Below are positions 28,984 through 40,116 of a stretch of DNA of 64,000 bases, piece after piece. The stretch's first letter is position 1, and each line of letters starts with the position of its first letter. A program made the position numbers and the translations under genes. A model generated the notes under the pieces. The model worked only from the letters and a program-made list of their open reading frames with translations, ran no database searches and was not told the DNA's origin. Source of the stretch: Spirochaetota bacterium (lineage in GTDB: Bacteria; Spirochaetota; UBA6919; CBDBPB01); assembly GCA_965208615.1 (NCBI GenBank), contig CBDBPB010000002.1, positions 32,001 to 96,000 of the forward strand, in the 5' to 3' direction.

Positions 28984-29292
28984 TTAATCAGCTAAAACTT
29001 CTTTTTTAGTTTTTGTATTTTTCTTATCTTTTTTATCTTTTCCAATCATTTTACCTAATGCAAAAGCCATTCGCTGGAATATCTCATCAACTTTAGCCTT
29101 TGAACCACACTTCATATAAAGAGGAAGAGCATTTAATGGTAATCTTTTTTCATAGAAATAATGATCTGCAACTCTTAATATACCATCCTGATAGTCAGCT
29201 CTCATAAAATATTTCTTTGCAGTTTCTACTTCTCCATTATTAAAAAGCTCATTTCCTTTTCTAATAAAAAACATTTTATCTTTACTAGTCAT
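28984..29292 (-). CDS. Hypothetical protein with TPR-like helix pair
   Basis: IRKGNELFN.G..E.AK pattern; RBS-like AGGGG. Confidence 0.7.
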   Translation of the reverse strand: MTSKDKMFFIRKGNELFNNGEVETAKKYFMRADYQDGILRVADHYFYEKRLPLNALPLYMKCGSKAKVDEIFQRMAFALGKMIGKDKKDKKNTKTKKEVLAD

Positions 29293-29789
29293 TTTAATCC
29301 CCTATTAATTAAACCCCTTTTATATTAAAATAATATCATAATAAAGATCGGCCTAATAATAAAAAACTTGTAATATTCCTAAGCTATGCTATTATCATAC
29401 TGCTAAAACTTATTAATACTCTTTAAGTTAACTTATACTAACACGTTTATAATAAGACAATTAAAACTAATTGACTCCTCAATTTTATATACAGTTGTAT
29501 ATAATATAAATTTAATTAATTTTTACAAAAAGAAAAACACTTACTTTAAAATAGTGTAACAAAATAATGTAACACTTTGTTAAAGGTTATAATTTCTTTG
29601 TAGAAAAATAAAATTATAATATAACAGTTTATTAAAGCCTTTGCTAAAAAAGATAGCAGTGAAAAGCTATTTCCTTAAGCATAAAAGTATAATATATTTT
29701 TAATATAAACTTTTGTAGTTTTTTATGATTTATGCCAATAATGATAAATTAAATAATTATTGGCACAGCAAAAAATGGAGCTTATTAAA

Positions 29790-31343
29790 ATGAAAAAAAT
29801 AGTTTATATTATAATAATTAGCTTAGTAATTCCCTATGGGACTATGTATGGTTTTCAGGTAGAAGAAAATGAAATAAAAAAAGCTAAGAAAGTTAAATTC
29901 ATAAATTATAAAGGAAAATATAGTAAAACAGATTCAGTAAAAAGTGTTAGGCTAATTGGTAGTCAATTATCTGAGGGAATTGATAAAGATAATAACTACT
30001 TTAACTTTTATGGTAAATATTCTATTATTCATGCAACTTCTGAAGAAGAAAAAGATAAACTATCTGCTGATATAATATCCATTGACAAAAAAGCACAAGT
30101 AAAACATATTAATTATATCCGCTATATAATTTCCGAATACCTTATGAAAAAATATGACTATTCCAAAAAAGATGGAGACTCCCTTGCCCTTTTTATAACC
30201 TATTATAACGCCATTTATCGTGGTAATATCGAATATATAAAGTCTAAATATAAAAAGGTTGTACTAAAACATATAAATAAAAAGAATGCTGGTATTTCTA
30301 CTGTATATTATGATTGGCCGGGTAAGACTAAAATACTTATACCTTTATCTGATAGAAAATCAGTTGATCCTTTTGCAGTATCTGATGATAAGGTCAGAGA
30401 AGAGGTTAGAAAAGATGATTCTAATATTGATGAACGTAAAAAAATTGTCAAGCTAAAAGAAAAAGATATTGGCCAAGACAAAAAAGAACTTGATAAATTA
30501 AAAGATAAACTAACTAAAGAAAAAACACAACTAGATAAACGTAAAACCGATATAGATAAAGAAAAGAAAGATAGTACAAAAACAGAACTTGTAAAAAAAG
30601 AAGAAAAAGAGATAGCAAAAAAAGAACAAAAAATTAAAGAAAAAGAAGAAGTATTAAAGAAAAAAGAAGAAAGCTTAAAAAAAGATAAAGTAGCTCTTAA
30701 AGAAGATGAAATAAAAAAAGAAATAAAAAAAGACCCTGTTAAGTTTAGCAAAAAGCTAAAGGAAAAATCAAAAGAACTTGATGAAAGAGAAGATCGTCTT
30801 AGAGATAAACAGGTAGATAAAAATATATTCGGGAATATGCTGTATTACCTAAAAGTTAAAAAGTATCTAAAAGATGGACATTATGATAATGAAATGTATA
30901 TGATAAATGCTTCTAATGGTAAAGTTGTTTTGAAATCTCCTGTTAATAATATATGCGGTAAAAAGTATGACATTTTTGCAAAAGGTATAGTTGTAATTAC
31001 TCATAGAGGGGGACATAGTAGTTATCATCGTCTTACAATTCTTGATAGAAAAACTCTAAAAGCTATTAACTCTAGTAATACTAATATATTTTGGCGTAGC
31101 TTTGTAGAGATAAGAGAAGGATTTATTTATACAGTAATAGTTGATAGTGGTGGTTATAGACTGGCAAAACATGATAATGAGTTAAAGCTAAAAGCTAAAT
31201 CGGATGTTTTTATTGCAGAGAATACTTTTATAACTTTTTTTAAAGACCTTATTTATATAAATGCTAAGGATGGTAAAAAAGTTATTATACTAAAAAAAGA
31301 TAACCTAAAAAAGATTGCTGAGGTAAATACTGAAGGATTCTAA
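29790..31343 (+). CDS. P83/100-family spirochaetal protein
   Basis: V.FINY.G, ADI......A.V.HI..IR.I, YNA.YRG, W.GKT.I.IPL motifs and Lys/Glu coiled coil; ATG29790 gives a signal peptide. Confidence 0.8.
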   Translation: MKKIVYIIIISLVIPYGTMYGFQVEENEIKKAKKVKFINYKGKYSKTDSVKSVRLIGSQLSEGIDKDNNYFNFYGKYSIIHATSEEEKDKLSADIISIDKKAQVKHINYIRYIISEYLMKKYDYSKKDGDSLALFITYYNAIYRGNIEYIKSKYKKVVLKHINKKNAGISTVYYDWPGKTKILIPLSDRKSVDPFAVSDDKVREEVRKDDSNIDERKKIVKLKEKDIGQDKKELDKLKDKLTKEKTQLDKRKTDIDKEKKDSTKTELVKKEEKEIAKKEQKIKEKEEVLKKKEESLKKDKVALKEDEIKKEIKKDPVKFSKKLKEKSKELDEREDRLRDKQVDKNIFGNMLYYLKVKKYLKDGHYDNEMYMINASNGKVVLKSPVNNICGKKYDIFAKGIVVITHRGGHSSYHRLTILDRKTLKAINSSNTNIFWRSFVEIREGFIYTVIVDSGGYRLAKHDNELKLKAKSDVFIAENTFITFFKDLIYINAKDGKKVIILKKDNLKKIAEVNTEGF

Positions 31344-31531
31344 TGATTAATCATAGCTATATTTTATAAAGTTACTATTAAAAGGTTAAATTAAATTTTA
31401 TTTTTTATTAATAATTTAGCCTATTTCTTTTATTTTACAGGTTTAGAGGTCGATAAAAATATATATTTGATTATTATTCTTATAATGATATATAAGTTAT
31501 CTTAATCTATCGTAAAAGGGGTTTTATAGGC

Positions 31532-32410
31532 ATGATATATAAAAAAACTTTGGTTTTTATGATTTTGCTTTTAATGATTATTTTTGATTGGTCAGGTATA
31601 GCTCATTCTGAGGTAAGTCATGAGGCTATTGTTATTAATACAGTAGATGACTTTGAAACTCCAGGTGAGTGGGTAGCTAAGTTTTCTAAATTTAGATCAA
31701 AAAATTGGGAAGACAGTGCAAAAAAACCATTTCAAGACTCCAACGCTTGGATAAAGTGGTTAAATAGTTCTTCTTATAAAAAAGGCTCTATATTACCAGA
31801 GGCAGTACAAAAAAACCCATATCTAAGAGATAAAGAAAAAACAATTTTGGCTGTTCGCGGAAAGTGGGATGTCTCAGGATATAACTGGTTAGTAATAGAG
31901 CCTAATGCTATAAGACCTTCTAAAGAGTATTCATTGGATTGGTTAAGATTAGTAGCAAAAAATAAAACCTTTAAACCTATGCGTACAAAATGGGATAAAT
32001 CAGTAAATCCTAATTTTATTTGGCTGTCTGGTAACACTAAACACTTATATATATATGTTTGGGGAGGGAATTATAATTATAAGATAGAATGTCACTTGCA
32101 GGATTATATGGGCAATACTCATTCTATTCCTTTTGGAGACCTTAATTTTAAGGGTTGGAGAAAAATGCGAATATCTATACCGTTTCATATTAAGCAAAAA
32201 AGTAAATCACTTCCTAGTGTACGTCCACTAAAGTTTTTGAGGTTTAAAATAATTGCTGATCCTTATGAAAATCCTAGTGAATTTTATACATATTTTGATT
32301 ACTTTCACGTGGTAACTGATATATATGAAGAAAGCTATGTAGGTGAAGAACTTCAGTTTGTTTACAACTATTGGGATAATGGAAATAAAAATCCTGCTCC
32401 AAAAAAATGA
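31532..32410 (+). CDS. flaA: Flagellar filament outer layer (sheath) protein FlaA
   Basis: Signal peptide; DDFE..GEW, VWG.NY.Y, G.LNF.GW, FY.YFD motifs. Confidence 0.85.
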   Translation: MIYKKTLVFMILLLMIIFDWSGIAHSEVSHEAIVINTVDDFETPGEWVAKFSKFRSKNWEDSAKKPFQDSNAWIKWLNSSSYKKGSILPEAVQKNPYLRDKEKTILAVRGKWDVSGYNWLVIEPNAIRPSKEYSLDWLRLVAKNKTFKPMRTKWDKSVNPNFIWLSGNTKHLYIYVWGGNYNYKIECHLQDYMGNTHSIPFGDLNFKGWRKMRISIPFHIKQKSKSLPSVRPLKFLRFKIIADPYENPSEFYTYFDYFHVVTDIYEESYVGEELQFVYNYWDNGNKNPAPKK

Positions 32411-32437
32411 TAATGCAATCTATTTAAGGAGAGTTTT

Positions 32438-33256
32438 ATGAAAGTTAATAATACACTAATGTTATCAATACTAATTTTATTGGTTGGTTCTATTGGTAAC
32501 GGGTTTGCTCAGGAGAAAACCACTGATAAAAAAGACAATAATAGAATTGACTTAAATCAAGATGATGAGTCAAAGACTGCTAAGGAACAGTTAGGTCCTG
32601 ATGCGTCTAAGTCTCTTTACTTGATAACTGTGGATACATTTGAAGAAGTAGGCGAATGGACTATTAATATACCAGAAGATCAAGGTATTGCTACTACAAG
32701 AAGAGTATTGGGAGCACCTCTTGCGCTTAAGAAGCAAGGTAAGAAAGAAGTAAAAGTACCTCCTAAGTACAGAAAGCCTGATGGAGTATATGAAAGAAAG
32801 TATTATAGGCCATATACTGATAATAAGAAGTACATTTTAGGTGCAAAAGTTAATTTTTATAAACGGGGACATAATTGGTTCTCTATTCACCACAATAGGC
32901 CTATTAGACTTGATGGAATAGTAAAGGCTTTTGAAGTATGGGTATGTGGTCGAGAAAAACAGCATACACTTTATATTATAGTTGAGGATCTTTTTGGAAA
33001 AGAATTGCTTATAAAAATGGATAAGCTTAACTTTTTGGGTTGGAAGCGATTAAAAGTAACTGTACCTCTTTATGTTGTTCAGGATAACTATCGTTTTACT
33101 AGTAAACGGGGACTTAAATTTAAAGGTTTTTTTATTAAAGTTGATCCATTAGAATCCTACGGAAAATATTATGTATATTTTGATAATCTTGTTGCAGAGG
33201 TTGATAGGTTTAAAGAAGAAAGTCGTAATGTAAGGGATCCGATAGACAACTGGTAA
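32438..33256 (+). CDS. flaA: Flagellar filament outer layer protein FlaA (second paralog)
   Basis: D.FE..GEW, LG.KV.F..RG, VWV.GR...H.L, LNF.GWK.L, P.E.YG.YY.YFD motifs. Confidence 0.88.
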   Translation: MKVNNTLMLSILILLVGSIGNGFAQEKTTDKKDNNRIDLNQDDESKTAKEQLGPDASKSLYLITVDTFEEVGEWTINIPEDQGIATTRRVLGAPLALKKQGKKEVKVPPKYRKPDGVYERKYYRPYTDNKKYILGAKVNFYKRGHNWFSIHHNRPIRLDGIVKAFEVWVCGREKQHTLYIIVEDLFGKELLIKMDKLNFLGWKRLKVTVPLYVVQDNYRFTSKRGLKFKGFFIKVDPLESYGKYYVYFDNLVAEVDRFKEESRNVRDPIDNW

Positions 33257-33281
33257 GTTATATTAGTTATACAAAAAAATC

Positions 33282-33316
33282 AATAGTATGGGAATTTATC
33301 TCATACTATTTTTTTT
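33282..33316 (+). terminator. Rho-independent terminator after flaA pair
   Basis: AATAGTATGGGA...TCTCATACTATT followed by a T run. Confidence 0.75.
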
Positions 33317-33325
33317 ATATATAGT

Positions 33326-34153
33326 TTGTTATTAATATTTTATATATTATTTTTAGTTAGTAGCAAAACACTTTTTTTACGAGGAATAATTATAGAAAAC
33401 AATCCCATAAAAATAAGAAAGATTATTAACAATCTAAAAGGTGTACTTAAAACAAGTTCTAATGAAACTCAGCGTATTCGTGTATATAAAGAAATTCAAA
33501 AGCTGGAAAAAGAACTTCTTAGCTTAGATTTAGAAGAAAGTTCGGATGATTCTCATTTGGACTATGATAATACATCCAATTCTATTAGCGAATACAAATA
33601 CTTAAAAGACATCGAAGTTTTGAAAGTTCCTTCTTCGGTTGACAATAGTGAAGCTAATGAGATTTATACTTTTTTAAAATACTTTGAAGAAGAATTTCTT
33701 GTTTTACTGAGTCCATACTATATTAAGTTAGGGCTAAACTACTCTATTACAAGAGAAACATTTTATACTGATATTTATAATTGTTATTCAGCTTTATACT
33801 TATACGTTGAGACATTAGAGAAAATAGCTAATGACAGCTTATTAGAAAACTATAAGATTAAGTTAAAGCTGGATTCTCAAAGTGAATACAGAAACTTATT
33901 TTCAAAGCTAAGCACTTTTTTACATAAGCTTTATAAGTTCACCTATGACCTAATTGAGAACTACGATACTGGCGGAAGACTTATTTTAAATGCGGATGAT
34001 ATACTTAAACTTGAAGTACCCTTAAAAGGAAAGATGCTTTTAAGGGATTATACAGTAATAGACGGATTTAGGTATTTATATGACTTTCTGACAGAGCTAA
34101 TTGATTATTTAAGACTACCTCGCATAGCAATAAACAATATATATATAAAATAA
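33326..34153 (+). CDS. Hypothetical protein
   Basis: 275-aa ORF; start uncertain. Confidence 0.65.
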   Translation: MLLIFYILFLVSSKTLFLRGIIIENNPIKIRKIINNLKGVLKTSSNETQRIRVYKEIQKLEKELLSLDLEESSDDSHLDYDNTSNSISEYKYLKDIEVLKVPSSVDNSEANEIYTFLKYFEEEFLVLLSPYYIKLGLNYSITRETFYTDIYNCYSALYLYVETLEKIANDSLLENYKIKLKLDSQSEYRNLFSKLSTFLHKLYKFTYDLIENYDTGGRLILNADDILKLEVPLKGKMLLRDYTVIDGFRYLYDFLTELIDYLRLPRIAINNIYIK

Positions 34154-34159
34154 ATAGTA

Positions 34160-35410
34160 TTATATTTTTGATAAAGATTTAAAATCATTACCTGTAGGAT
34201 TTTGAAATACTTTTAGTTCAAACTTTGGTATGACTGCGAGAATGTGATCAAAGATATCCCCTTGAATGGATTCATAGTTAGCCCACTCCTGATCATTACT
34301 AAAAACGTATATTTCTATAGGCACTCCGTATTCTTTTGGAGCTAGTTGTCGTATAATAAATGTCATATCATTATGTATTTTTGGATGATTACTCAAATAT
34401 GATATTATATAAGCTCTTAGCACGCCGATATTAGTCATTTGTCTGCTACTAATATCTGGAGGCATAATATTATGGAGGTGATTATAGTTATCTATTTCAG
34501 TTTTTTTACTTTTTATATAGTTTTTTAGATAATGTATATTTTCAAATTCGTTTATCATCTTTTCAGAACAGAATTTTATACTATTTATATCGATATTTAT
34601 AGCTCTTTTAATACGTCTTCCCTCTGACTCACTCATACCTCGCCAATTTTTAAAGGAACCCATAACTAGGGAGTATACCGGAACAGAGGATATAGTTTTA
34701 TCCCAATTTTGGACTTTAACAGTGGTCAAAGATATATCGGTTACATTACCGTCGGCACCGTACTTTGGAACTTCTATCCAGTCACCGATGTGGATCATAT
34801 TATTGGATACTATCTGAAAGCCAGCTACTAGTCCTAGAATAGTATCCTTAAAGACCAATAATAATATAGCGGTCATTGCACCAATACTAGTTAATAGTAC
34901 TACAGGCGATTTACCAATTATGTTTGATATTATTAGTATAAAGGCGATAATGTATAAAAATATTTTAATTAGTTGTACATAGCTTTTTATGGGTCTTTCT
35001 TTAGAGACTTCGAAGTTTTGATAAATAGCAATTCCGGTATTTAGTATAGAGTTAATAGTTAGGACTATAAGAAAGATTATATAAATTATAACGAGGTCAT
35101 GTATCCAGTGGGTCATATCTGGTATAGAGTATGCGGCGAAGTATATAATTATAGCGGGGATTAATCTAACAAGGTGTTTAACGACTTTTTCTTTTAAGAG
35201 GAGGTCATCCCATTTAATTTTGGTTTTTTCTATGAATTTCTTCAACCTTACGAGTATAATTTTTTTTGATATTATACTGGATATATAGCCCAATAATAAT
35301 ATCATTATTATTAATAATACATAGCTTATATAGTAAGCCATATCATTGGACATATAGTTTTGTAATAGGGTTTGGGTATATTGTATTAGTCCATTTTGTT
35401 TATCGTTCAT
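34160..35410 (-). CDS. Mechanosensitive channel, MscS family (YbdG/MscM-like)
   Basis: FKDTILG.VAG.Q, GDWI..P.YGADG, VQNWDKTI, NWRGM....RRIKR, FQ.PTG motifs. Confidence 0.93.
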   Translation of the reverse strand: MNDKQNGLIQYTQTLLQNYMSNDMAYYISYVLLIIMILLLGYISSIISKKIILVRLKKFIEKTKIKWDDLLLKEKVVKHLVRLIPAIIIYFAAYSIPDMTHWIHDLVIIYIIFLIVLTINSILNTGIAIYQNFEVSKERPIKSYVQLIKIFLYIIAFILIISNIIGKSPVVLLTSIGAMTAILLLVFKDTILGLVAGFQIVSNNMIHIGDWIEVPKYGADGNVTDISLTTVKVQNWDKTISSVPVYSLVMGSFKNWRGMSESEGRRIKRAINIDINSIKFCSEKMINEFENIHYLKNYIKSKKTEIDNYNHLHNIMPPDISSRQMTNIGVLRAYIISYLSNHPKIHNDMTFIIRQLAPKEYGVPIEIYVFSNDQEWANYESIQGDIFDHILAVIPKFELKVFQNPTGNDFKSLSKI

Positions 35411-35554
35411 ATATTTTCCTTTAATAATTGGTTGATATAAGCGTTGGTATTTTTAATTATAATCTTTAGAGTTAAGATAACATATTTAGTTATAAAAGTT
35501 AATAGTTTAAGTTATTTTTATTAGATTTTTTTTAAAAGTATTTTTAATCTATGA

Positions 35555-36269
35555 TATTACTAATTGTTCTAGTAGTATAGTTCAAAAGTATTTTAAGTTA
35601 GTTTATCTTTTTAAAACTTTCTAAAATGCAGATAAAATTTATTTATTAGTTGTCTTATAATAATTTTTTATCTAAAAGCTATAGTAGTTAGTAACAGGGA
35701 GTATATCTTTTCTTTTTTATGGTTTAGTATAGCAGGCACTTCATCAAGTTTAGGTTATTGACAATGGGGATAAACATAAACATTTACGTTTAGACTTTGA
35801 GTCAGGGCTGGCAAGTATATTTATTTTTTTTGTTAAGGTGTAAGGCGAGTAGGGTTCTTTTTTTTTGATAATTTAGTTTATCTAGAGTGATATTATTTAA
35901 TAATTTAGTTATCATTTTATGATAGAGTTATAGCAAAGCGTATAAGGTAAAAAGTGAGACATATAACGTAAAGGGAAGTGAATTCCAGATTTCTTTATGG
36001 AACAGGAAAGTTAAAATATTATTGGAAAAGTTATTTTCTTGTGTCATAGGTGTTATCCTTATATGCGCTTAAAGTGCTGTTTAAATGATTCAGTAATAAA
36101 CACAAAAAGCACTTTTTATGCAAGTAGTCATCACTACGAGAGCTATTAAGAATCCCTTACTGAGACTAAGGATTATAGACCTTTATTAAGTGATGACGGA
36201 TTCGCCTTTCCATAAAGGCTTAGAGCGGATTATTTAAATATCGCATATTGACGTTATGTGTAAAACCTC
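35555..36269 (+). repeat. Dispersed non-coding element, copy A (single 146-bp-type subunit)
   Basis: Colinear with 48762-50592; distal part also matches the reverse complement of about 56140-56575. Confidence 0.92.
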
Positions 36270-36607
36270 CGCCGATTAATTGGAACCTTCTTATATCATA
36301 GAATGTCCAACTTCGCTGATATAAAAAATATTCCCAAAAAAACATTACTATATCCTGCTAATAAACTTCATAACTCAATACCCATTTAACCATATCAATA
36401 TCATAAAAAAGTTAATTTACTTGCCTTATATTAAAAATATATTATCTTTTTACGTTAGAATTAAAGTGTTGTACATTAATTTTTAATGCTTATCCTTTCA
36501 TATAATTCTTTATATAGTTAGAAGATATTAGAAGTCGATTATTATTTTTGTAGTTTTACATAGGATTAATTAAATATAATGTTTTATAAAATTGAGCAGG
36601 AGGTAGA

Positions 36608-38293
36608 ATGAGTGTATTTAAACACGATGTTTTAGTTGTGGGAGCAGGTTTAGCAGGTCAGAGGGCCGCTATTGAAGTAGGACGTTCAGGACTAGATGTT
36701 GCAATGATATCAAAGGTATATCCTGTTAGGAGTCACTCAAGTGCTGCACAGGGCGGTATTAATGCGGCTTTAAACGCTGATGACTCTATTGAGTCTCACA
36801 TATTTGATACGGTTAAGGGCAGTGATTATCTTGGCGATCAGGACTCAATAGAGACGTTTTGTAATGAGGCGCCTAATGATATTGTAGAGCTTGAGAATAT
36901 GGGTGTTCCATTTATGCGTCATCCTGATGGTAAGATAGGCAGTAGGCCTTTTGGTGGAGCCAGTTATCCAAGGGCATGTTTTATTGCTGATATTACTGGA
37001 CAGGCTATACTGCACGTTATGTACGAGCAGGTGGTAAAAGGTGGTTTTAAGGTATATGAGGAATGGTGGGTATCGTCATTGATAGTTGAGGATGGAAAGT
37101 GTGTTGGAGTTGTAGCTATAGACTTAAGGACTCAAGAATTACATGTAGTTCAGGCTAAGGCTGTGGTATTAGCTACTGGAGGCTATGGTCAGGTGTTTGC
37201 ACCTACTACTAACGCACTTATTAACACTGGTGATGGCATGAGTCATGCTTATCGTGCTGGCACTCCCCTTATGGATATGGAGATGGTACAGTTCCATCCA
37301 ACTTCATTAAAGAAGACTGGTCTTCTTTTGAGTGAGGCCGCAAGAGGTGAGGGTGGTTATTTAATCAACAAAAATGGTGAGCGATTTATGAAGAAGATTG
37401 CGCCTAATAAGATGGAGTTAGCATCAAGGGATGTGGTCTCAAGGGCTGAGCAGATTGAGATTAATGAGGGGCGTGGAGTTGATGGATGTGTTTTATTAGA
37501 TATGCGTCATTTGGGTGCTGATCTTATTATGTCAAAGTTAGCTCAAATCCGTGATTTAGGCATTACTTTTGCTGGAGTTGATATGATAGAGGAGCCTGTT
37601 CCTGTTAGACCAGGCATGCACTATATGATGGGGGGAATTAAGACTGATGTTAATGGTGCAACTTACATACCGGGATTATATGCGGCTGGTGAGTGTGCAT
37701 GTGTTACGGTTCATGGTGCCAATAGGTTAGGGGGTAATTCTCTTATGGAGGCTGTAACTTTTGGTCGTCGATCTGGTAAGGGTGCATTAGACTTTGTTAA
37801 AAAGCTAAGCACTGATCATAAGCAATTAACTCAGGATGCGGCTAGTAAGGATGCTGAGTTAATCAAGTCTTTATTGGATAGGCCTGATAAAGGGGTTTAT
37901 TCTGCTCAAATACAAGCTAAGATGGGTAGTCTTATGGTAGAGAAGGTTGGGGTATTTAGGCAAGAGAAGGTTTTAAAAGAGGCTAAAGAGGATATTAAGA
38001 ATTTAAAGGCTGAGTGGGAAAGTGCATCTATCAAGGATAAGGGTCAGCAGTTTAACACTGAGATTATTAGAACTTTAGAGCTTCGTAATATGCTTGACCT
38101 TGCTCAATGTACTGTTGAGGGTGCCATTATGAGAAATGAGAGTAGGGGTGCACATACACGTACTGATTTCCCAAATAGGAATGATAAGGATTGGGTAAAG
38201 CATATTTTATTTTATCATGAGGATAAAGGTCCTAAGCATGAGTTTTTACCTGTTACACTAACAAAGTGGGAATTACAAGAGAGGGTATATTGA
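36608..38293 (+). CDS. sdhA: Succinate dehydrogenase/fumarate reductase flavoprotein
   Basis: GAGLAG, RSHS.AAQGG, QFHPT, SEAARGEG, HY.MGG, HGANRLGGNSL, ESRGAH motifs. Confidence 0.95.
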   Translation: MSVFKHDVLVVGAGLAGQRAAIEVGRSGLDVAMISKVYPVRSHSSAAQGGINAALNADDSIESHIFDTVKGSDYLGDQDSIETFCNEAPNDIVELENMGVPFMRHPDGKIGSRPFGGASYPRACFIADITGQAILHVMYEQVVKGGFKVYEEWWVSSLIVEDGKCVGVVAIDLRTQELHVVQAKAVVLATGGYGQVFAPTTNALINTGDGMSHAYRAGTPLMDMEMVQFHPTSLKKTGLLLSEAARGEGGYLINKNGERFMKKIAPNKMELASRDVVSRAEQIEINEGRGVDGCVLLDMRHLGADLIMSKLAQIRDLGITFAGVDMIEEPVPVRPGMHYMMGGIKTDVNGATYIPGLYAAGECACVTVHGANRLGGNSLMEAVTFGRRSGKGALDFVKKLSTDHKQLTQDAASKDAELIKSLLDRPDKGVYSAQIQAKMGSLMVEKVGVFRQEKVLKEAKEDIKNLKAEWESASIKDKGQQFNTEIIRTLELRNMLDLAQCTVEGAIMRNESRGAHTRTDFPNRNDKDWVKHILFYHEDKGPKHEFLPVTLTKWELQERVY

Positions 38294-38295
38294 TT

Positions 38296-39243
38296 ATGGA
38301 GACAAAATTTAAGATTAAGCGTTTTGATCCTACAGAACAAAAGTCATACTATCAAACTTTTAATGTCACCACAGAGCCAGGAGATACAATTTTAGAGGCC
38401 CTTTTAACTATTCAGGGCAAACAGGATCAGACATTTGCTATGCGTTGTTCTTGTAAGAGTGCAATTTGCGGATCATGTGCTATGAAGGTAAATAAGCGTA
38501 CAAGGTTAGCTTGTAATACACAAATCCGTGATCTTGAGTTAATTAATGGTGAGATACTTGTTGAGCCTATGGGTAATATGCCTGTTATTCGTGATCTCAT
38601 TGTTGAGTTAGAGATGCACTGGGAAAAATTAAGGGGTATTGATCCATTTTTGAAGGTTAATAAGCCTCCTGATGAGAGAGAATATCTTTGTTCTAATGAG
38701 TCTATGGTTCACGTATCACATGTTACTGAGTGTATACAGTGTGCATCTTGTGTATCTGACTGTACTGTACTCGAGGTGGATAAGAGTTTTCGTGGACCTG
38801 CGGCATTGGCTAAGGTATATAGGTTTGTGTCTGACCCTAGGGATACTAATGATAAGCATAGACTAACCCAGGCGTCAAAGAGCTCAGAGATGTGGGACTG
38901 CACTCATTGTTTTAAGTGTGTAGAGGCTTGTCCTAAGCTAACAAGACCTATGGAGCGTATTTTAGCTCTTAGAAAGACTGCTATGAAAAAAGGCTATCGT
39001 AATAATTGCGGTTCAAGGCATTCTTATGCTATTTTGGATTCTATAAAACATAGTGGTACTCTTAATGAGAATACTGTAATGCCAAAGTCTTTTGGATATT
39101 TAAACATACCAAAGTTATTATCCATTGTTCCTGTAGGGCTTAGAATGGCGTCGGCTGGCAAGCTACCTCCTTTAATACATAAGAAGATTGGCAGTATAAA
39201 GAAGGTGCAAAAGATATTTGATAAATTAGAAAGGGAAAATTAG
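38296..39243 (+). CDS. sdhB: Succinate dehydrogenase iron-sulfur subunit (long form)
   Basis: SC..AICGSC, CIQCASC..DC, CTHCFKCVEACP motifs; ATG38296. Confidence 0.93.
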   Translation: METKFKIKRFDPTEQKSYYQTFNVTTEPGDTILEALLTIQGKQDQTFAMRCSCKSAICGSCAMKVNKRTRLACNTQIRDLELINGEILVEPMGNMPVIRDLIVELEMHWEKLRGIDPFLKVNKPPDEREYLCSNESMVHVSHVTECIQCASCVSDCTVLEVDKSFRGPAALAKVYRFVSDPRDTNDKHRLTQASKSSEMWDCTHCFKCVEACPKLTRPMERILALRKTAMKKGYRNNCGSRHSYAILDSIKHSGTLNENTVMPKSFGYLNIPKLLSIVPVGLRMASAGKLPPLIHKKIGSIKKVQKIFDKLEREN

Positions 39244-39253
39244 GAGGGTTTGA

Positions 39254-40105
39254 ATGAGATACGCTTTTTATCCTGGTTGTGTTGCTAAAGGGGCATGCCC
39301 TGAGTTAAAACTATCCGCTGAGAATGTTAGTAGTAAGCTTGGCATTGATCTTGCTGAGTTGACTGAGGCAACTTGTACTGGTGCTGGTATTATGAGTGAG
39401 CATGATCAAGAGTTAGGGGATACCCTTAATGCAAGAACTTTTGCTATGGCTGAGAAGTTAGACATTCCTCTTATGAATATTTGTAGTACTTGTCAGGGGG
39501 GTATGAGTCATAGTAATTATAGATTGAATAATGAGTCTGGCTTATTGGATAAAGTTAATGAGACTCTTGCTAATGAGGGGCTTAAATATAGTGGTAATTT
39601 ATCCATTAAGAACTTCATGTGGGTTCTTATAGAAGACTTTGGCTTGGATAAGTTAAAGTCTATGATTAAAAAGCCTCTTACTGGTCTTAAGGTAGCTCCT
39701 TTTTATGGGTGTTATATTTTAAGACCATCGTGGGAGCTTGGGATTGATGAGAATAGAGATAGGGCACATTATTTAGAGTATCTTATTGAGGCATGTGGTG
39801 CAAGTCCTGTTGATTATGAGGGTAGGGATAAGTGTTGTGGCTTTCCAATTCAGGCTATGAATGGTAAGAACTCAAAGGCTATGGCTAAGAATCACGTTCA
39901 AGAGGCGGCTGAGAAGGGTGCTGATTGTATGGTTACGCCATGTCCTCTTTGTCATTTGCAGTTGGATGCTAATCAACCTGACTATACCAATGTGAAGTTA
40001 CCTATACTACACTTACCTCAGATGATTGGTTTAGCTATTGGTCTTTCTGCTAAAGAGTTAGGGTTAGATAAGAACATTATTAAAGCAAATAAGGTTTTGG
40101 TATAA
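39254..40105 (+). CDS. CCG-domain (HdrB-like) subunit of type E succinate dehydrogenase
   Basis: FYPGC, CTG/CCG, CSTC, FYGC...RP, CPLCH.QLD motifs; no TM segments. Confidence 0.88.
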   Translation: MRYAFYPGCVAKGACPELKLSAENVSSKLGIDLAELTEATCTGAGIMSEHDQELGDTLNARTFAMAEKLDIPLMNICSTCQGGMSHSNYRLNNESGLLDKVNETLANEGLKYSGNLSIKNFMWVLIEDFGLDKLKSMIKKPLTGLKVAPFYGCYILRPSWELGIDENRDRAHYLEYLIEACGASPVDYEGRDKCCGFPIQAMNGKNSKAMAKNHVQEAAEKGADCMVTPCPLCHLQLDANQPDYTNVKLPILHLPQMIGLAIGLSAKELGLDKNIIKANKVLV

Positions 40106-40116
40106 ATAGATAGTGC

